64,000 nucleotides of DNA from a virus: IMG/VR virus record IMGVR_UViG_3300047172_000080, positions 1 to 64,000 of that record. One strand, given 5' to 3'. Position numbers and translations under genes: made by a program. The notes under the pieces are model-generated. The model ran no database searches, was not told the origin of the DNA, and saw only the letters and a list, made by a program, of their open reading frames with translations. The number at the start of each line of letters is the position of its first letter. Position 1 is the first letter of the stretch. Below, piece after piece: positions 1 to 9,979 of this stretch.

Positions 1-154
1 CTAATTCACTAATATTGATACATTGTTCAAATTTATCAGATACTAAAAATATAGGTTGTTCTTTTACTGATGAATCATATCGAATAACAGGAGTTCCTTT
101 ATCTACTAAACACACTTGAATTCTAGGGCCTTGTGATTTTTTAATTTTCGCCAT
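1..154 (-). CDS. hypothetical protein, runs off window edge
   Basis: ATG at 154 overlapping the helicase end; frame MAKIKKSQGPRIQVCLVDKG... is open to position 1 (manual translation). Confidence 0.6.
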   Translation of the reverse strand, partial: MAKIKKSQGPRIQVCLVDKGTPVIRYDSSVKEQPIFLVSDKFEQCINISEL

Positions 155-1598
155 ATTTCTCCCATTCTATTTCATCAATTCGATCAATTATCTTTACTGG
201 CCAACCTTGACTCTCGTATATCTCTTTTCTTTTCTTACTCATATTCTCAAGTGTCTCGTCCTGTTGGTCCCATATGTCCACAAGTACGAAATGCGTTTTA
301 GGCTCTACACCTAATTGCTCTCTTACATCATCTTTAAGAATACGATTACCACGAAATGCTTCCTGTAACATTTCAATTTTACTACTTCCACCCGCAGCTT
401 GGACAACTACTCTGCAGTTCTGTGAATTAAACCCTGCTTTTAATGCATTAGTCGCACAAAGATATTGAAATTCATTATTTACAAAACCATCAATAATCTT
501 ATCTTGTTCTTTCGGCTTTAATGCAAATTCTTTAATACCTGCTTTGTTTGATTCACGGTGTACCCACTTTGTACCTTCTGGTAAATAAGGCATAAGAGGT
601 ATCAAATGATTCTTGATCTCATTAACAAATATCAACGTTTGCCATTTGTTAGGTACGGCTTTACAAATCTTACCTATTAACTCATTTCGAGTAGCGTTCT
701 TTCTGATGCCATATTTAAGCTTTCTATCGATATCCCCCGACATAGGTAGACTAGTTGGCATTCTGAGCATGTAAACTATTCCAGGCACTACAGCACCCAT
801 ATCTAAACCTTCCTCGTAATCAATATCTACCAAAGGTTCACCAAAGATACCTTTGAGTACTTTCTCAGATTTAGAAAATAATCCTTCATCTGTAGCTGTA
901 TAACCAAATATTCTATATGGTTTAATCTGCCCAAAGATTTGTTGAATCTTATCCCCTGTAGAACCTTGCAATTCATCAACTAGTAATAACTGGCATTTTT
1001 CTAAGGCACAATTTTGTAATGACGCAAAAGTAGTAATAGTGATATCAGGACTTAAATCATGCATTCCACCACCCATCATACCTATATGTTTATCGGGAAA
1101 TAATTCCTTAAAATCTTTAAAGGTCTTTCGGGTAACTTCCTTATAAGGAATTGCTAGAATAGTATTTAAACTATTCCAAGCAGCATAAGTCATAGCTTGT
1201 ACAAAGGTTTTTCCAAATGCCCCAATGGCTTTGAAAGTACCACTTTCTTTTTCACCTGCTGTTAAGAACTTAATAATAGGGTCTACTTGATAATCTCTTA
1301 ATCCTACTCGTTGTACCGCTTCCCAATCAATAGGAGGCATTACAGTTCTTCTGTCGTCTATTGTACAAACATCTAAATTCTTTTCAATTAATGTTATAAT
1401 CTTCTTAAAAAACCCTTGAAGAGTATATATTCCTCCCGAACCATCTAAACTATACAATAATAGTTTCTGAAAATCATCTACTTTTTTAAAATTCTTAAGA
1501 ACAAATCCTCTTTTAGTATATTGGAGGTAGTTTGTAATATAAGGAGGAGCAGGGCTAATCCATAACCCCGCATCCCCTCTAATAACGTTAATTTTCAT
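141..1598 (-). CDS. superfamily 2 DNA helicase (UvsW-like)
   Basis: Q motif LRDYQ, Walker A GAFGKT, Walker B LLLVDELQ, motif III TAT, motif VI-like QEAFRGNR. Confidence 0.85.
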   Translation of the reverse strand: MKINVIRGDAGLWISPAPPYITNYLQYTKRGFVLKNFKKVDDFQKLLLYSLDGSGGIYTLQGFFKKIITLIEKNLDVCTIDDRRTVMPPIDWEAVQRVGLRDYQVDPIIKFLTAGEKESGTFKAIGAFGKTFVQAMTYAAWNSLNTILAIPYKEVTRKTFKDFKELFPDKHIGMMGGGMHDLSPDITITTFASLQNCALEKCQLLLVDELQGSTGDKIQQIFGQIKPYRIFGYTATDEGLFSKSEKVLKGIFGEPLVDIDYEEGLDMGAVVPGIVYMLRMPTSLPMSGDIDRKLKYGIRKNATRNELIGKICKAVPNKWQTLIFVNEIKNHLIPLMPYLPEGTKWVHRESNKAGIKEFALKPKEQDKIIDGFVNNEFQYLCATNALKAGFNSQNCRVVVQAAGGSSKIEMLQEAFRGNRILKDDVREQLGVEPKTHFVLVDIWDQQDETLENMSKKRKEIYESQGWPVKIIDRIDEIEWEKYGEN

Positions 1599-1798
1599 TA
1601 TAGCTTATCAGCTGTAATCTGTTTTTCTATACTGGAAATTAAATCACTAGCTCTATTGGCATAATGAGACCAATCTGTAGATTCATATTGTGATTTAATA
1701 TTTTGAGTCATACTATTTATCTTCCTATATTCAGATTCAGCTAATTTCAAGGCATCTAATAATGTCGCTAAGTCTTCATAAGTCAAATCAAGATTCAT
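1598..1798 (-). CDS. hypothetical protein
   Basis: 66-aa ORF coupled to the helicase (TAATG overlap). Confidence 0.65.
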   Translation of the reverse strand: MNLDLTYEDLATLLDALKLAESEYRKINSMTQNIKSQYESTDWSHYANRASDLISSIEKQITADKL

Positions 1799-1955
1799 TA
1801 GTTTCTATTTTTGTTTTATTAAGAATTTCTTTTAGCTTATTACTATAATTACCAAAAAATTCTAAAGACTCCATACCGCCTGGATCTTTAATATACCAAT
1901 ATAAGGCTTTATTATATAAAGCTTTTTCTTGTTCAGTTAAATCGTTAAAAGCCAT
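1788..1955 (-). CDS. hypothetical protein (55 aa, not in ORF track)
   Basis: manual translation MAFNDLTEQEKALYNKALYWYIKDPGG...; fills the gap and overlaps both neighbours. Confidence 0.55.
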   Translation of the reverse strand: MAFNDLTEQEKALYNKALYWYIKDPGGMESLEFFGNYSNKLKEILNKTKIETNES

Positions 1956-2166
1956 AATCTAAATTTGTATTACTTTCCAAGATTTGTTGACATCTCATGT
2001 CTTCAATTATCTCTTCAGCTAGCTGTTCTATACCTAGACTTTTGAGTTTATTAAAATGATAAGATTTACCATTCAAATCAATATCTACTAAATGAGAAAT
2101 AGAATAGTAAGGAGATCGTTTAATCCACATTACCAAATCTTCCTTACATTCAGATAGCGACTTCAT
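1945..2166 (-). CDS. hypothetical protein
   Basis: ORF in packed operon. Confidence 0.55.
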   Translation of the reverse strand: MKSLSECKEDLVMWIKRSPYYSISHLVDIDLNGKSYHFNKLKSLGIEQLAEEIIEDMRCQQILESNTNLDYGF

Positions 2167-2401
2167 AATCGGATTCTGTAATAGTATTTATAATTTTTTC
2201 AGCGACACCTTTTGGAGTTACATCTTTAAAAATTGCTCCAATACTGTTCATAATCTTTCCTGCTAACTCATTAGGAGATAATCGAGTCATATCTCCCTTT
2301 CTAAGATTTATCACTGCTCCTCTAAACCCACTCTTCGCTTTATTTGCCTTATACCAAATTTCTAGTTGTTCTATATTATTCATATTTATCTTTCTTTTCA
2401 T
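2150..2401 (-). CDS. hypothetical protein
   Basis: ORF in packed operon; true start may be the ATG at 2383. Confidence 0.5.
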   Translation of the reverse strand: MKRKINMNNIEQLEIWYKANKAKSGFRGAVINLRKGDMTRLSPNELAGKIMNSIGAIFKDVTPKGVAEKIINTITESDYEVAI

Positions 2402-2554
2402 TAAACACGATCAGTAAATCGATAACAGATTCAAAAATAGAAGACCATTTAATAATGTGTTTCTTAGGTACTTCTGTGGAATCCGTCGCTTCCTTGGCTA
2501 TATGATCTACTTTGGTTTTTGCCTTTTTTAATTTTAACGCTTGGTTTTTGTTCA

Positions 2555-4627
2555 CTACGATACACCTAAATCAATTACATTATCTACATATTCCGCTAAC
2601 CTCTCATCATGATCAACTATAAGAATTTGTTTTATTTGCTCTTTAGGAAAATTCCTAATCATTTCAAAATACACTTCCTTACTATTCTTATGAAAACCTG
2701 TTGATCCTTCATCTATTATAATCATTCCAAAATTCTGTGCAAAAAGTTGAAGAAGAGCCAACCTTAAACACAGACCTATCATTTGTTCCTGCCCACCACT
2801 GACTTTAGGTAATAGATAACCCTTTGAATCAGTGACATCTATACCAAAAGAATCATTAATCGTAACCATATAAGGTAGATTAAATTTATTCAAATTATCC
2901 AACAAGTAATCAGTGACTACTGCTGTATATCTTTGAATAACTTTTCTACTAAATTGGTTAATATGAAAAGCATCATAAAGAGCTAACAAGATTTTTTCAA
3001 AACTATCTCTTTTATCATTCTTTGCTTTATTAACACTAGTGTTTTCAAAACGTTGAGTAAGATTATTAATCTCTCCTTTCACCGCATAGACTTTATTATT
3101 AATCAGCTGCTTTTCTTCTAGCTTTAATTTAAAGCTGACTTGTGCATTTTCCAATGCTTGCAACCAAGCAGGTAAATTAACCGTATCTCCAAATTGATGC
3201 TTTAAGTTATCAATCATTTGATCAATTGAAGTTAACTTTTGTTTTTTATTAACTTCCTTAGATTTATGATCTGTTAAATTACTGGTTAAAGAATTAAGTT
3301 TAGCTTCAACTTCTCGAAGCATACTTTGCTCTTCTTCACTATATACTAAATCTTCTAATCCTATTAATTGATTTTCAATTAAAGATCTATCATTATGTAA
3401 CTTAGTAAACTTATCTTTAGTTACTTTTAATGGTTCTATCTTATTAGCAAAAACTATTTGTTCAGCTAAAACTTTATTATATCTGTCCGTCTTGGTTTCT
3501 AATTCTGTTTTGATACCATTCATTAAAAATACAATATCTTCTATTGTATGATTACAAGTAGGGCAATTACACTTACCTTCAAATTTTGAATACTTAGAAT
3601 ATCTTGTTTTTAATTCAGTAATTTCGTTACTTAACTGATAAGCTTCGCCCTGTAACCCTTTATAAACTTCCTCTACTGCGGCTAATCTGGTAAGGGTAAT
3701 TTCAATATCTATAGTAGCTAATTCAGCAACTATATTAGCTAATTTGTCTTGTAAACTGGTACGTTGTTCAATTTTAGTTTTAATTCTATCATTTTCTAAA
3801 ATTTGATTACAGATATCCGAGATTGAAAAAGGTTGATTTTTAATCTCTTCTTCAATTTTTTCTATTTCTGTTTTAAGTACTTGATACTCATTTTCTACAG
3901 TCTTACGTTCAATTTGATATTCAGCTATTTTTTGATTATTAATGATAGCTTGCTTTATCTCGTTAATTTGAATCGTAGCTGCTTCATATTTATCAATCGT
4001 AACATCGTTATAAACTTCTAATTCTGTACTTAGGTTAAGAAAATCAATTGTCTTAAGACGATGCTCTTCTTGTAAATGGACTAAATCCTCTACAGGATAA
4101 GGAGGAGGCAATTTTTTGATATAATCCACCCATATAATATTTCTAAGTTTCTCTGTGTCAGGTACTAAAAATATTTTTTGGAACGCACTTGTTCTAGTAG
4201 CTACATCACCAGTAAATAATAAAGGAATCTGCCCTTGCTTAGCTATAATAACATTTTCGAATATTTCAGGATTAATTTGAAGTAAGTCCTTCCACATTTC
4301 AAGAACATCAGCTGCTTTCTTTTTTTTACCTTGCTCTCCATAGTTCAAAATAACCTTACTACTGTCTAAATGACGTTCTATGGTGCCTTGGACACCATTA
4401 AGCTCAAACGTAGCCTCTACATATCCTGTAGCCTCACCAAGGGTTATTACTTGTTCTTTATTCTTGGCGTCTACCTTACCAGTAAAGGCAAATTGGATAG
4501 CTTCCACAATAGAACTCTTGCCTACCCCATTAGCAGGACCAATAATAGCTGTTACGCCACTATTAAAATCAAAATCCCTGTGCTTGTGTATTCTGAAGTT
4601 TCTAAGCTTAAGCTTAAGTAATTGCAT
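2555..4627 (-). CDS. SbcC/Rad50/gp46-like SMC ATPase
   Basis: LRNFRIH, Walker A GPANGVGKSS, Q-loop AKQGQ, long coiled coil with CPTC zinc hook, signature VSGGQ, Walker B IIIDEG, H-loop VDH. Confidence 0.93.
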   Translation of the reverse strand: MQLLKLKLRNFRIHKHRDFDFNSGVTAIIGPANGVGKSSIVEAIQFAFTGKVDAKNKEQVITLGEATGYVEATFELNGVQGTIERHLDSSKVILNYGEQGKKKKAADVLEMWKDLLQINPEIFENVIIAKQGQIPLLFTGDVATRTSAFQKIFLVPDTEKLRNIIWVDYIKKLPPPYPVEDLVHLQEEHRLKTIDFLNLSTELEVYNDVTIDKYEAATIQINEIKQAIINNQKIAEYQIERKTVENEYQVLKTEIEKIEEEIKNQPFSISDICNQILENDRIKTKIEQRTSLQDKLANIVAELATIDIEITLTRLAAVEEVYKGLQGEAYQLSNEITELKTRYSKYSKFEGKCNCPTCNHTIEDIVFLMNGIKTELETKTDRYNKVLAEQIVFANKIEPLKVTKDKFTKLHNDRSLIENQLIGLEDLVYSEEEQSMLREVEAKLNSLTSNLTDHKSKEVNKKQKLTSIDQMIDNLKHQFGDTVNLPAWLQALENAQVSFKLKLEEKQLINNKVYAVKGEINNLTQRFENTSVNKAKNDKRDSFEKILLALYDAFHINQFSRKVIQRYTAVVTDYLLDNLNKFNLPYMVTINDSFGIDVTDSKGYLLPKVSGGQEQMIGLCLRLALLQLFAQNFGMIIIDEGSTGFHKNSKEVYFEMIRNFPKEQIKQILIVDHDERLAEYVDNVIDLGVS

Positions 4628-4632
4628 TAAAT

Positions 4633-4812
4633 TTATTTAATCGTTTTTCCTACTGAGGGTAATTTATGGATTTCATCTGTTACTAGATTACGTAACGTAG
4701 CTTCAATACGATCAAGAAACTCAGGACTTACCCTACTAAAGGTATGTGCTTTATTTTCTTCTGCAACTGATAATGCTAATCCCTTAACTGCTTTGCGATT
4801 TAAAAGGCTCAT
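4633..4812 (-). CDS. putative histone-fold protein (59 aa, not in ORF track)
   Basis: manual translation MSLLNRKAVKGLALSVAEENKAHTFSRVSPEFLDRIEATLRNLVTDEIHKLPSVGKTIK: short helix, RVS loop, long amphipathic helix, GKTIK end; A/G-rich leader. Confidence 0.65.
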   Translation of the reverse strand: MSLLNRKAVKGLALSVAEENKAHTFSRVSPEFLDRIEATLRNLVTDEIHKLPSVGKTIK

Positions 4813-4863
4813 AATTGTCTTCTTTCTTTGTTTTTTATAAAATAATTAAATACGTGGTACTTC

Positions 4864-5265
4864 TTACTCAACGACATAGAAATCTTTCCACGTCTTTCCA
4901 CCATCATGTGATCTTAGAACTTCAGCATTATTACCAAGTAAGCCTTCTACTGTTGTGTAGTTAACACTTCCTATTCCAAAGTTAATTCCATTTTTTTTAG
5001 AAATAGAAATTACAATAGAAATATCAGCATCCCTCCATCTTAGGAGTAAAGGTAAACCCTCTTTGATAAGTTCTTCCCAAGTAATCAATCTCTTAACAGG
5101 TTCTGGTTTAATTCTGTATTCTTGATGGTTAGATAGTGTATTAAAATTCAATATAGTAAGGTTAAAACTACTATCGCGCCACTGACTACCATGTAATACT
5201 TGTAATGTTTTACCTTCAGATACTTGTTTAAAAAGTTCTGCCCATTCTGCTAAACTATGTTTCAT
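4864..5265 (-). CDS. hypothetical protein
   Basis: 133-aa ORF with EGKTLQ...W...EYRIKPEP phage-type motif. Confidence 0.65.
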   Translation of the reverse strand: MKHSLAEWAELFKQVSEGKTLQVLHGSQWRDSSFNLTILNFNTLSNHQEYRIKPEPVKRLITWEELIKEGLPLLLRWRDADISIVISISKKNGINFGIGSVNYTTVEGLLGNNAEVLRSHDGGKTWKDFYVVE

Positions 5266-6371
5266 GTTATATATGCTTTCTTTAAGTTATTTAAGATGTC
5301 TTTCGTATTGTTGTTAATTAAACTTTCTAATAATTCAATTCCTGTATCTCTAATTTCTTCTGTAAATGCCCCATTTTCTTTCAATACTAATTCCAATACT
5401 TCTGTTTGATTAGCTTCATTGGATATTTCTGACCTAATACTTATATTAGAATTTAATGTTTTATCTGTTGGGAGAATTGTCGTTCTTACAATAGCAAGGT
5501 CATATAAGAAACTAAAATCCAACAAGTTCTTATATAAGTGCTTATGATATCGTATTATATAAACAGGTTTTCTACCTTTCTTTTTAAAGCTATTCTTTAA
5601 AGCTTCTATCTCATTTTCTTTATTAAATAAAGGTAACGATTCTTCTGTAAGGCTAAATTCAAAGAAATCTCTTATTAATTCATAAGGCAATAATTCAACA
5701 TTTTCTCCATTATAATAAACATAATGTTTTTCTCGTATCTCATCTAAGGCTGTAACTCCTGTAGAGCCACAATAACCAAAGAATATATCACGAGGTTTAA
5801 TAATCTTATGAATACCAGAATGAATATCCCCAAAAACACAAGCCTTTAAATTAGGACATAACTTTATAACTTCATCCCAATCTACCGTAACTGTTTTCTT
5901 TTCTTCGCAAAAACCAAATAAACTTGGAATTTGAGTATGTAGAAAGATTGCTTCTACTGTATCTTTTTTATTAAAAATTTCAGCTAGAAACTGCTCTTTT
6001 ACAAAATCAGGATTATCATTATAAGCTATTCCTATAAACGTAGGTTCAATATTAATTTCTTTAAAATTAGCTATCTGCTCCCATGTAATATTATTAATTG
6101 CTTTACTGTGATCTCCACAGATAGCTAATGGAGTAATACCATTCTCGGATAATTTATCGTTTTGATTCTTAACAAAATCAATAGTTTCCTGATTTGGTTT
6201 ATTAGTCTCGAATAAATCACCTACGGAAATAAAATATTTAACCTTCAATTCAATAGCTTTATCAACAGCATTTGAATAATAATCAAATAAATCCTGTCTT
6301 AGTTCTGGTAAATTAAATAAAGCATCTTCTAAATGAGAATCACTGATTGCTAGAAATGTGTTATTTGACAT
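5262..6371 (-). CDS. SbcD/Mre11/gp47-like metallophosphoesterase nuclease
   Basis: motifs SDSH, VGDLFE, GDH, LHT, GDIH; near the SbcC-like gene. Confidence 0.88.
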   Translation of the reverse strand: MSNNTFLAISDSHLEDALFNLPELRQDLFDYYSNAVDKAIELKVKYFISVGDLFETNKPNQETIDFVKNQNDKLSENGITPLAICGDHSKAINNITWEQIANFKEINIEPTFIGIAYNDNPDFVKEQFLAEIFNKKDTVEAIFLHTQIPSLFGFCEEKKTVTVDWDEVIKLCPNLKACVFGDIHSGIHKIIKPRDIFFGYCGSTGVTALDEIREKHYVYYNGENVELLPYELIRDFFEFSLTEESLPLFNKENEIEALKNSFKKKGRKPVYIIRYHKHLYKNLLDFSFLYDLAIVRTTILPTDKTLNSNISIRSEISNEANQTEVLELVLKENGAFTEEIRDTGIELLESLINNNTKDILNNLKKAYIT

Positions 6372-6664
6372 TTAGTTCTATCTGTAATAAGTCTATTAAT
6401 CTCTTCCTTTTCAAGGTTTAGGACTTCTTCTCTACTATCCGCATAAAACGTCTTACCGTTTTCAAAAATAGTAGCTACCCATTGTTGCTTTTCATTATCG
6501 AACTCCACTGAAGAAGCTCTTTCAACAGTGGATGTTCCAAGCTTAAGTCTTAGTTTATCCAAGACATCACAATGAAGACCTTTTACTTTACCTTGAGGAC
6601 TGATATAGAACTTATTAGATTTCCTGATGAAGGTCTTGTTCTCTGTCATCTTCGTAAGCCTCAT
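6350..6664 (-). CDS. conserved hypothetical protein of the Ycf46/DUF1257/DUF2997 module
   Basis: ISPQG...LG...ERASSVEFD...W...F.SREE.L..E pattern recalled from this neighbourhood. Confidence 0.55.
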   Translation of the reverse strand: MRLTKMTENKTFIRKSNKFYISPQGKVKGLHCDVLDKLRLKLGTSTVERASSVEFDNEKQQWVATIFENGKTFYADSREEVLNLEKEEINRLITDRTKCQITHF

Positions 6665-6866
6665 TATAACGGCGTGAACTTTCGTTAGCTTGTCCTAATT
6701 TCTTTTCTATTTTGCGAGTAACTTCATCGCAAATAGAACCATATGATGTACCACCATCAATAGTGATTCCACCGCGAGTATTAATTAAAATTTTGTAACT
6801 TGCTCTCGCCATATTATTCCTTGTTTTTAGGGAGAATTGCGTATGCTGTTTGTGCTCCAAATACAT
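6615..6866 (-). CDS. DUF2997-like protein
   Basis: G.ITID...YGSICDEVTRKIEKKLG pattern; likely start at ATG 6812. Confidence 0.6.
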   Translation of the reverse strand: MYLEHKQHTQFSLKTRNNMARASYKILINTRGGITIDGGTSYGSICDEVTRKIEKKLGQANESSRRYNEAYEDDREQDLHQEI

Positions 6867-7008
6867 CTATCCAAGGTGTTTCTGTACCTTGATGAGTTGC
6901 ATTTCTAATATTTTCCTTAACAGGTACACGCATTACTGTTGCACCGTATTCATCGTTTACATAAATAACATTATTTATGATATCGATATGGTCTACTTTT
7001 ATAATCAT
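6814..7008 (-). CDS. hypothetical protein
   Basis: ORF in packed operon. Confidence 0.55.
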   Translation of the reverse strand: MIIKVDHIDIINNVIYVNDEYGATVMRVPVKENIRNATHQGTETPWIDVFGAQTAYAILPKNKE

Positions 7009-7229
7009 ATATAAGTATAACTAAAATCTTTATTGCTTAATGAAGATGAATCAAATTCTATTTTTGCCTCATGACCTTTAAGTGCCTGAGTATCATAAAT
7101 ATAAACTAATGTAGCTGTACCTACTAAACCTTTTATTTTTATATCCTTAACTCTTAACTCAGTCACTGGTGGGTCGTCTAAGTTATAAAAATAGTTATAT
7201 AGCCATTCCGAGATAGCTTTCTCATCCAT
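7005..7229 (-). CDS. hypothetical protein
   Basis: ORF in packed operon. Confidence 0.55.
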   Translation of the reverse strand: MDEKAISEWLYNYFYNLDDPPVTELRVKDIKIKGLVGTATLVYIYDTQALKGHEAKIEFDSSSLSNKDFSYTYI

Positions 7230-7250
7230 AAAATTAAACGATTTTAGAAT

Positions 7251-7640
7251 TTAACCTTGAGCGTATACTTCAAGTTCTATTGAACCATCTTCTAGAACAT
7301 TAGTATCATACTCTTCATCTTCTTCTTCTAGATGCTCATCAACAATATTTTTACTATATTGTTGTTTGAGCAGACCTAATTCAGCACCTAATTGTTGGGC
7401 AATAGAGGGATCATAAAAATCACCAAAGATTTTATATTGATCACCAATATGTTTGATACCTAGATCAAATTTTCCATTAGGATTAAACGCTACGTGGTCA
7501 TATTCTACATCACGTAATTCGTCATAGGTATAAGTACGAATCTTACCTGAAGATTTAAAAATCCATCCGAAAGATTCAAATGCTTTCTTTAATAGATCTA
7601 CATTATAAAACTGACTAACAATTTCAACTGTGTGGCTCAT
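7251..7640 (-). CDS. DUF1257 (Ycf35-like) protein
   Basis: MSH start, L.KA...G, DLG, L.QQY, C-terminal EDGSIEL. Confidence 0.75.
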   Translation of the reverse strand: MSHTVEIVSQFYNVDLLKKAFESFGWIFKSSGKIRTYTYDELRDVEYDHVAFNPNGKFDLGIKHIGDQYKIFGDFYDPSIAQQLGAELGLLKQQYSKNIVDEHLEEEDEEYDTNVLEDGSIELEVYAQG

Positions 7641-7644
7641 TTTT

Positions 7645-7935
7645 TTAATTGGTTATTTTAATTTTTGTCTGATCTTTTGCGGTTATGATTTCAATATAAT
7701 CAATATCTGGATAATAGCTAGTGAAATAATTTTGAACAATGTCCAATATATCACTCTTAGGATATTCTTTAAACTCTTCTTTTCCAAATATTTTCATCTT
7801 AACTGTATTATTTACAATACTGACAAAATCTCCTGGAATAACCTCGCATAGAGGCACTTCCATAAGAAGATTGCTCATATTATCATAAATCATCAACATG
7901 TCAAACGTGCTAGGGTATTCGATATCAACACTCAT
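7645..7935 (-). CDS. hypothetical protein
   Basis: ORF in packed operon. Confidence 0.55.
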   Translation of the reverse strand: MSVDIEYPSTFDMLMIYDNMSNLLMEVPLCEVIPGDFVSIVNNTVKMKIFGKEEFKEYPKSDILDIVQNYFTSYYPDIDYIEIITAKDQTKIKITN

Positions 7936-8201
7936 TATGATTTAAATGTTATTGTCCAACTCTCATCAACAATTCCAATAAATTTACATTTTTTTAAATA
8001 AGTAGTATTTACATCGTCTAAAATAGCCATAGTATTGTCCTCGATATAAATAGCTTTATTTATGTCTAAAACTATTAACCTATCTGAGATAATTTCTTTT
8101 TCTATAGGTCTATAAATTCCTACTTTTTTGAGAGCTTCTTTATAAGTTATACTTGGTACGTCTGTTTTACAGTTTTCATTAATTACTTCAATAGTTAACA
8201 T
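7935..8201 (-). CDS. hypothetical protein (probable paralog of next gene)
   Basis: shares GIY/GVY, RLIVLD/RLIILD, KF and DE..TIT with 8195..8488. Confidence 0.6.
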   Translation of the reverse strand: MLTIEVINENCKTDVPSITYKEALKKVGIYRPIEKEIISDRLIVLDINKAIYIEDNTMAILDDVNTTYLKKCKFIGIVDESWTITFKS

Positions 8202-8488
8202 GGTTTCTCCATAAGTGTTATAGTTAACCTTTCATCAGCCTCTCTAAATTTCCAACTTTCCCAAATATTTTTATTTGATTTAATTAATTCACTATCAGCA
8301 CCTTCTATTATAAGATGTAATAAAGTACCAATTTTGTCCAAAATAATTAATCTTTGATTTTTATAACTTAGAAAATCTCCATTATAACTAATTAAATAAA
8401 CACCTGCTCCACGTTTAGGTTTAGTAATGTCGTCAATAGTAAGATTAGCCTCATTTTTACATGCTAATATCTTTGCAGTTACAATCAT
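8195..8488 (-). CDS. hypothetical protein (probable paralog of previous gene)
   Basis: shares GVY, RLIILD, KF and DERLTIT with 7935..8201. Confidence 0.6.
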   Translation of the reverse strand: MIVTAKILACKNEANLTIDDITKPKRGAGVYLISYNGDFLSYKNQRLIILDKIGTLLHLIIEGADSELIKSNKNIWESWKFREADERLTITLMEKPC

Positions 8489-9474
8489 ATTTCAAGGTTC
8501 CTTAAATACTCCCCAGTTAATACAGATACATCAGATGTATTCTTTGCTACTTCCATCGCATTAGTAAGATAAGTTTTAAGTATATTTCTATCTTCTTCAC
8601 TTTCCTTAAAATCACGATTTTCTTTAAGCATTTCACTAACTAAAGTTAATTGATTAGCCATTGCTTGATCATCAAATACATTTAATTTTTCAAAATTCTT
8701 GATTTCTCTAAGTAAGGTATTCTTATTTGTTTCTGAAACAACTTCACCTTTATTAATTTTATTGATGATTACTTTACAAACATCGTTAATTCCATTTCTA
8801 AGATCACCAATTGAATCTTGAACGAATGAAGTTACTTCACTAATTTGCTTATTAACCTGGTCTTGATAACGTTGTTGTTGTACTTTAACAATTTCGTTAA
8901 CTTGTTCTTCTTCAGAAATCAATGCTTGGATGCTTATTTTTTCGAACTGATCGGGCATTGATATTCTGAATTGGGTGTAATCAAAACTAAACTTTTGTCT
9001 AACAGAAGATAAAGAAGGATAGAATGGTTCTAATACTTTTCTATAATCTTCATGATCAGTAAGAAACTCTTCTTTATAATCTTCATACTTTTCACAGAAA
9101 TCTTCAAAAAGAGTATAAAACTCATTTTTATAAGTTTCCATTTGATCCACTACCTCATCGAGGATATTCAATCCTACAAAGTAACATTGCGAAACAGGAA
9201 AATGACGACTCATTCTCTTTAGATAGTTTCTAGCCCTTTGCTCAATTTGAGAAAATTTATTAAAAATTTCTGGTTTAATAAGATTCTTTTTACCTAGTCT
9301 AACAAAGTCTGGAACAGTCTCTATTTCCAAATCCTCCTTATCCAACTGGGCTGTCATGCCCCATTTAGAGACATGGCAATGCATGAGAACTCCTTTTGAA
9401 AAGAGTTTATCATAATATTTTTGAAGAACTGAAGGAGACTGTTCTTCAGGTACTGTTTCTATTATTTCTGTCAT
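8485..9474 (-). CDS. DUF3150-like coiled-coil protein
   Basis: GVL...VS.W, LGKK.LI, IE.RAR..L, FYPS...VRQKF.F pattern; neighbour of the Ycf46-like ATPase. Confidence 0.65.
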   Translation of the reverse strand: MTEIIETVPEEQSPSVLQKYYDKLFSKGVLMHCHVSKWGMTAQLDKEDLEIETVPDFVRLGKKNLIKPEIFNKFSQIEQRARNYLKRMSRHFPVSQCYFVGLNILDEVVDQMETYKNEFYTLFEDFCEKYEDYKEEFLTDHEDYRKVLEPFYPSLSSVRQKFSFDYTQFRISMPDQFEKISIQALISEEEQVNEIVKVQQQRYQDQVNKQISEVTSFVQDSIGDLRNGINDVCKVIINKINKGEVVSETNKNTLLREIKNFEKLNVFDDQAMANQLTLVSEMLKENRDFKESEEDRNILKTYLTNAMEVAKNTSDVSVLTGEYLRNLEI

Positions 9475-9480
9475 AATTTT

Positions 9481-9696
9481 TTAATCATCAAAATGCTTAC
9501 TAGCCCATACACAAATCACAGATATAGTTATTACGCTTAAAAAAATAAAACCAAATATAATTAATATCCAAGGTCCAACATTAGTACTTATCCAAGCTTG
9601 TTCTACTGCAGGGTTATAAATTATTTGTGATAAACACCAACTCCAACTAAGAAGTAAAAATGTCCAACAAAATACTCTACTTGAATTCCATATCAT
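9481..9696 (-). CDS. small membrane protein (2 TM)
   Basis: two hydrophobic stretches. Confidence 0.55.
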   Translation of the reverse strand: MIWNSSRVFCWTFLLLSWSWCLSQIIYNPAVEQAWISTNVGPWILIIFGFIFLSVITISVICVWASKHFDD

Positions 9697-9697
9697 A

Positions 9698-9979
9698 TTA
9701 TTCTAATTGTTCTCCTACTTTACATAAGATTTCAATAGCTTCGTAAATTTGTTCTAATTCTTTTTCTGAACAATCGAAACCCGTTCTTTCTTTTAGAATT
9801 TCACCATGCATAAAAATATTGTTAAGCATAATAGAAAATTTTTCTAATCCTACTTCTAATATAATTGTTCTAACTATACTTTCTCCTAATTCTTGACTTG
9901 TATGTATTTGCATATTAATTATCCAATCAGTAATACTAACGCTCCATCTGTATCTATTGCTACGTCTTCTACATGCCAT
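9698..9979 (-). CDS. hypothetical protein
   Basis: ORF; likely start at internal MQIHTS. Confidence 0.5.
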   Translation of the reverse strand: MACRRRSNRYRWSVSITDWIINMQIHTSQELGESIVRTIILEVGLEKFSIMLNNIFMHGEILKERTGFDCSEKELEQIYEAIEILCKVGEQLE

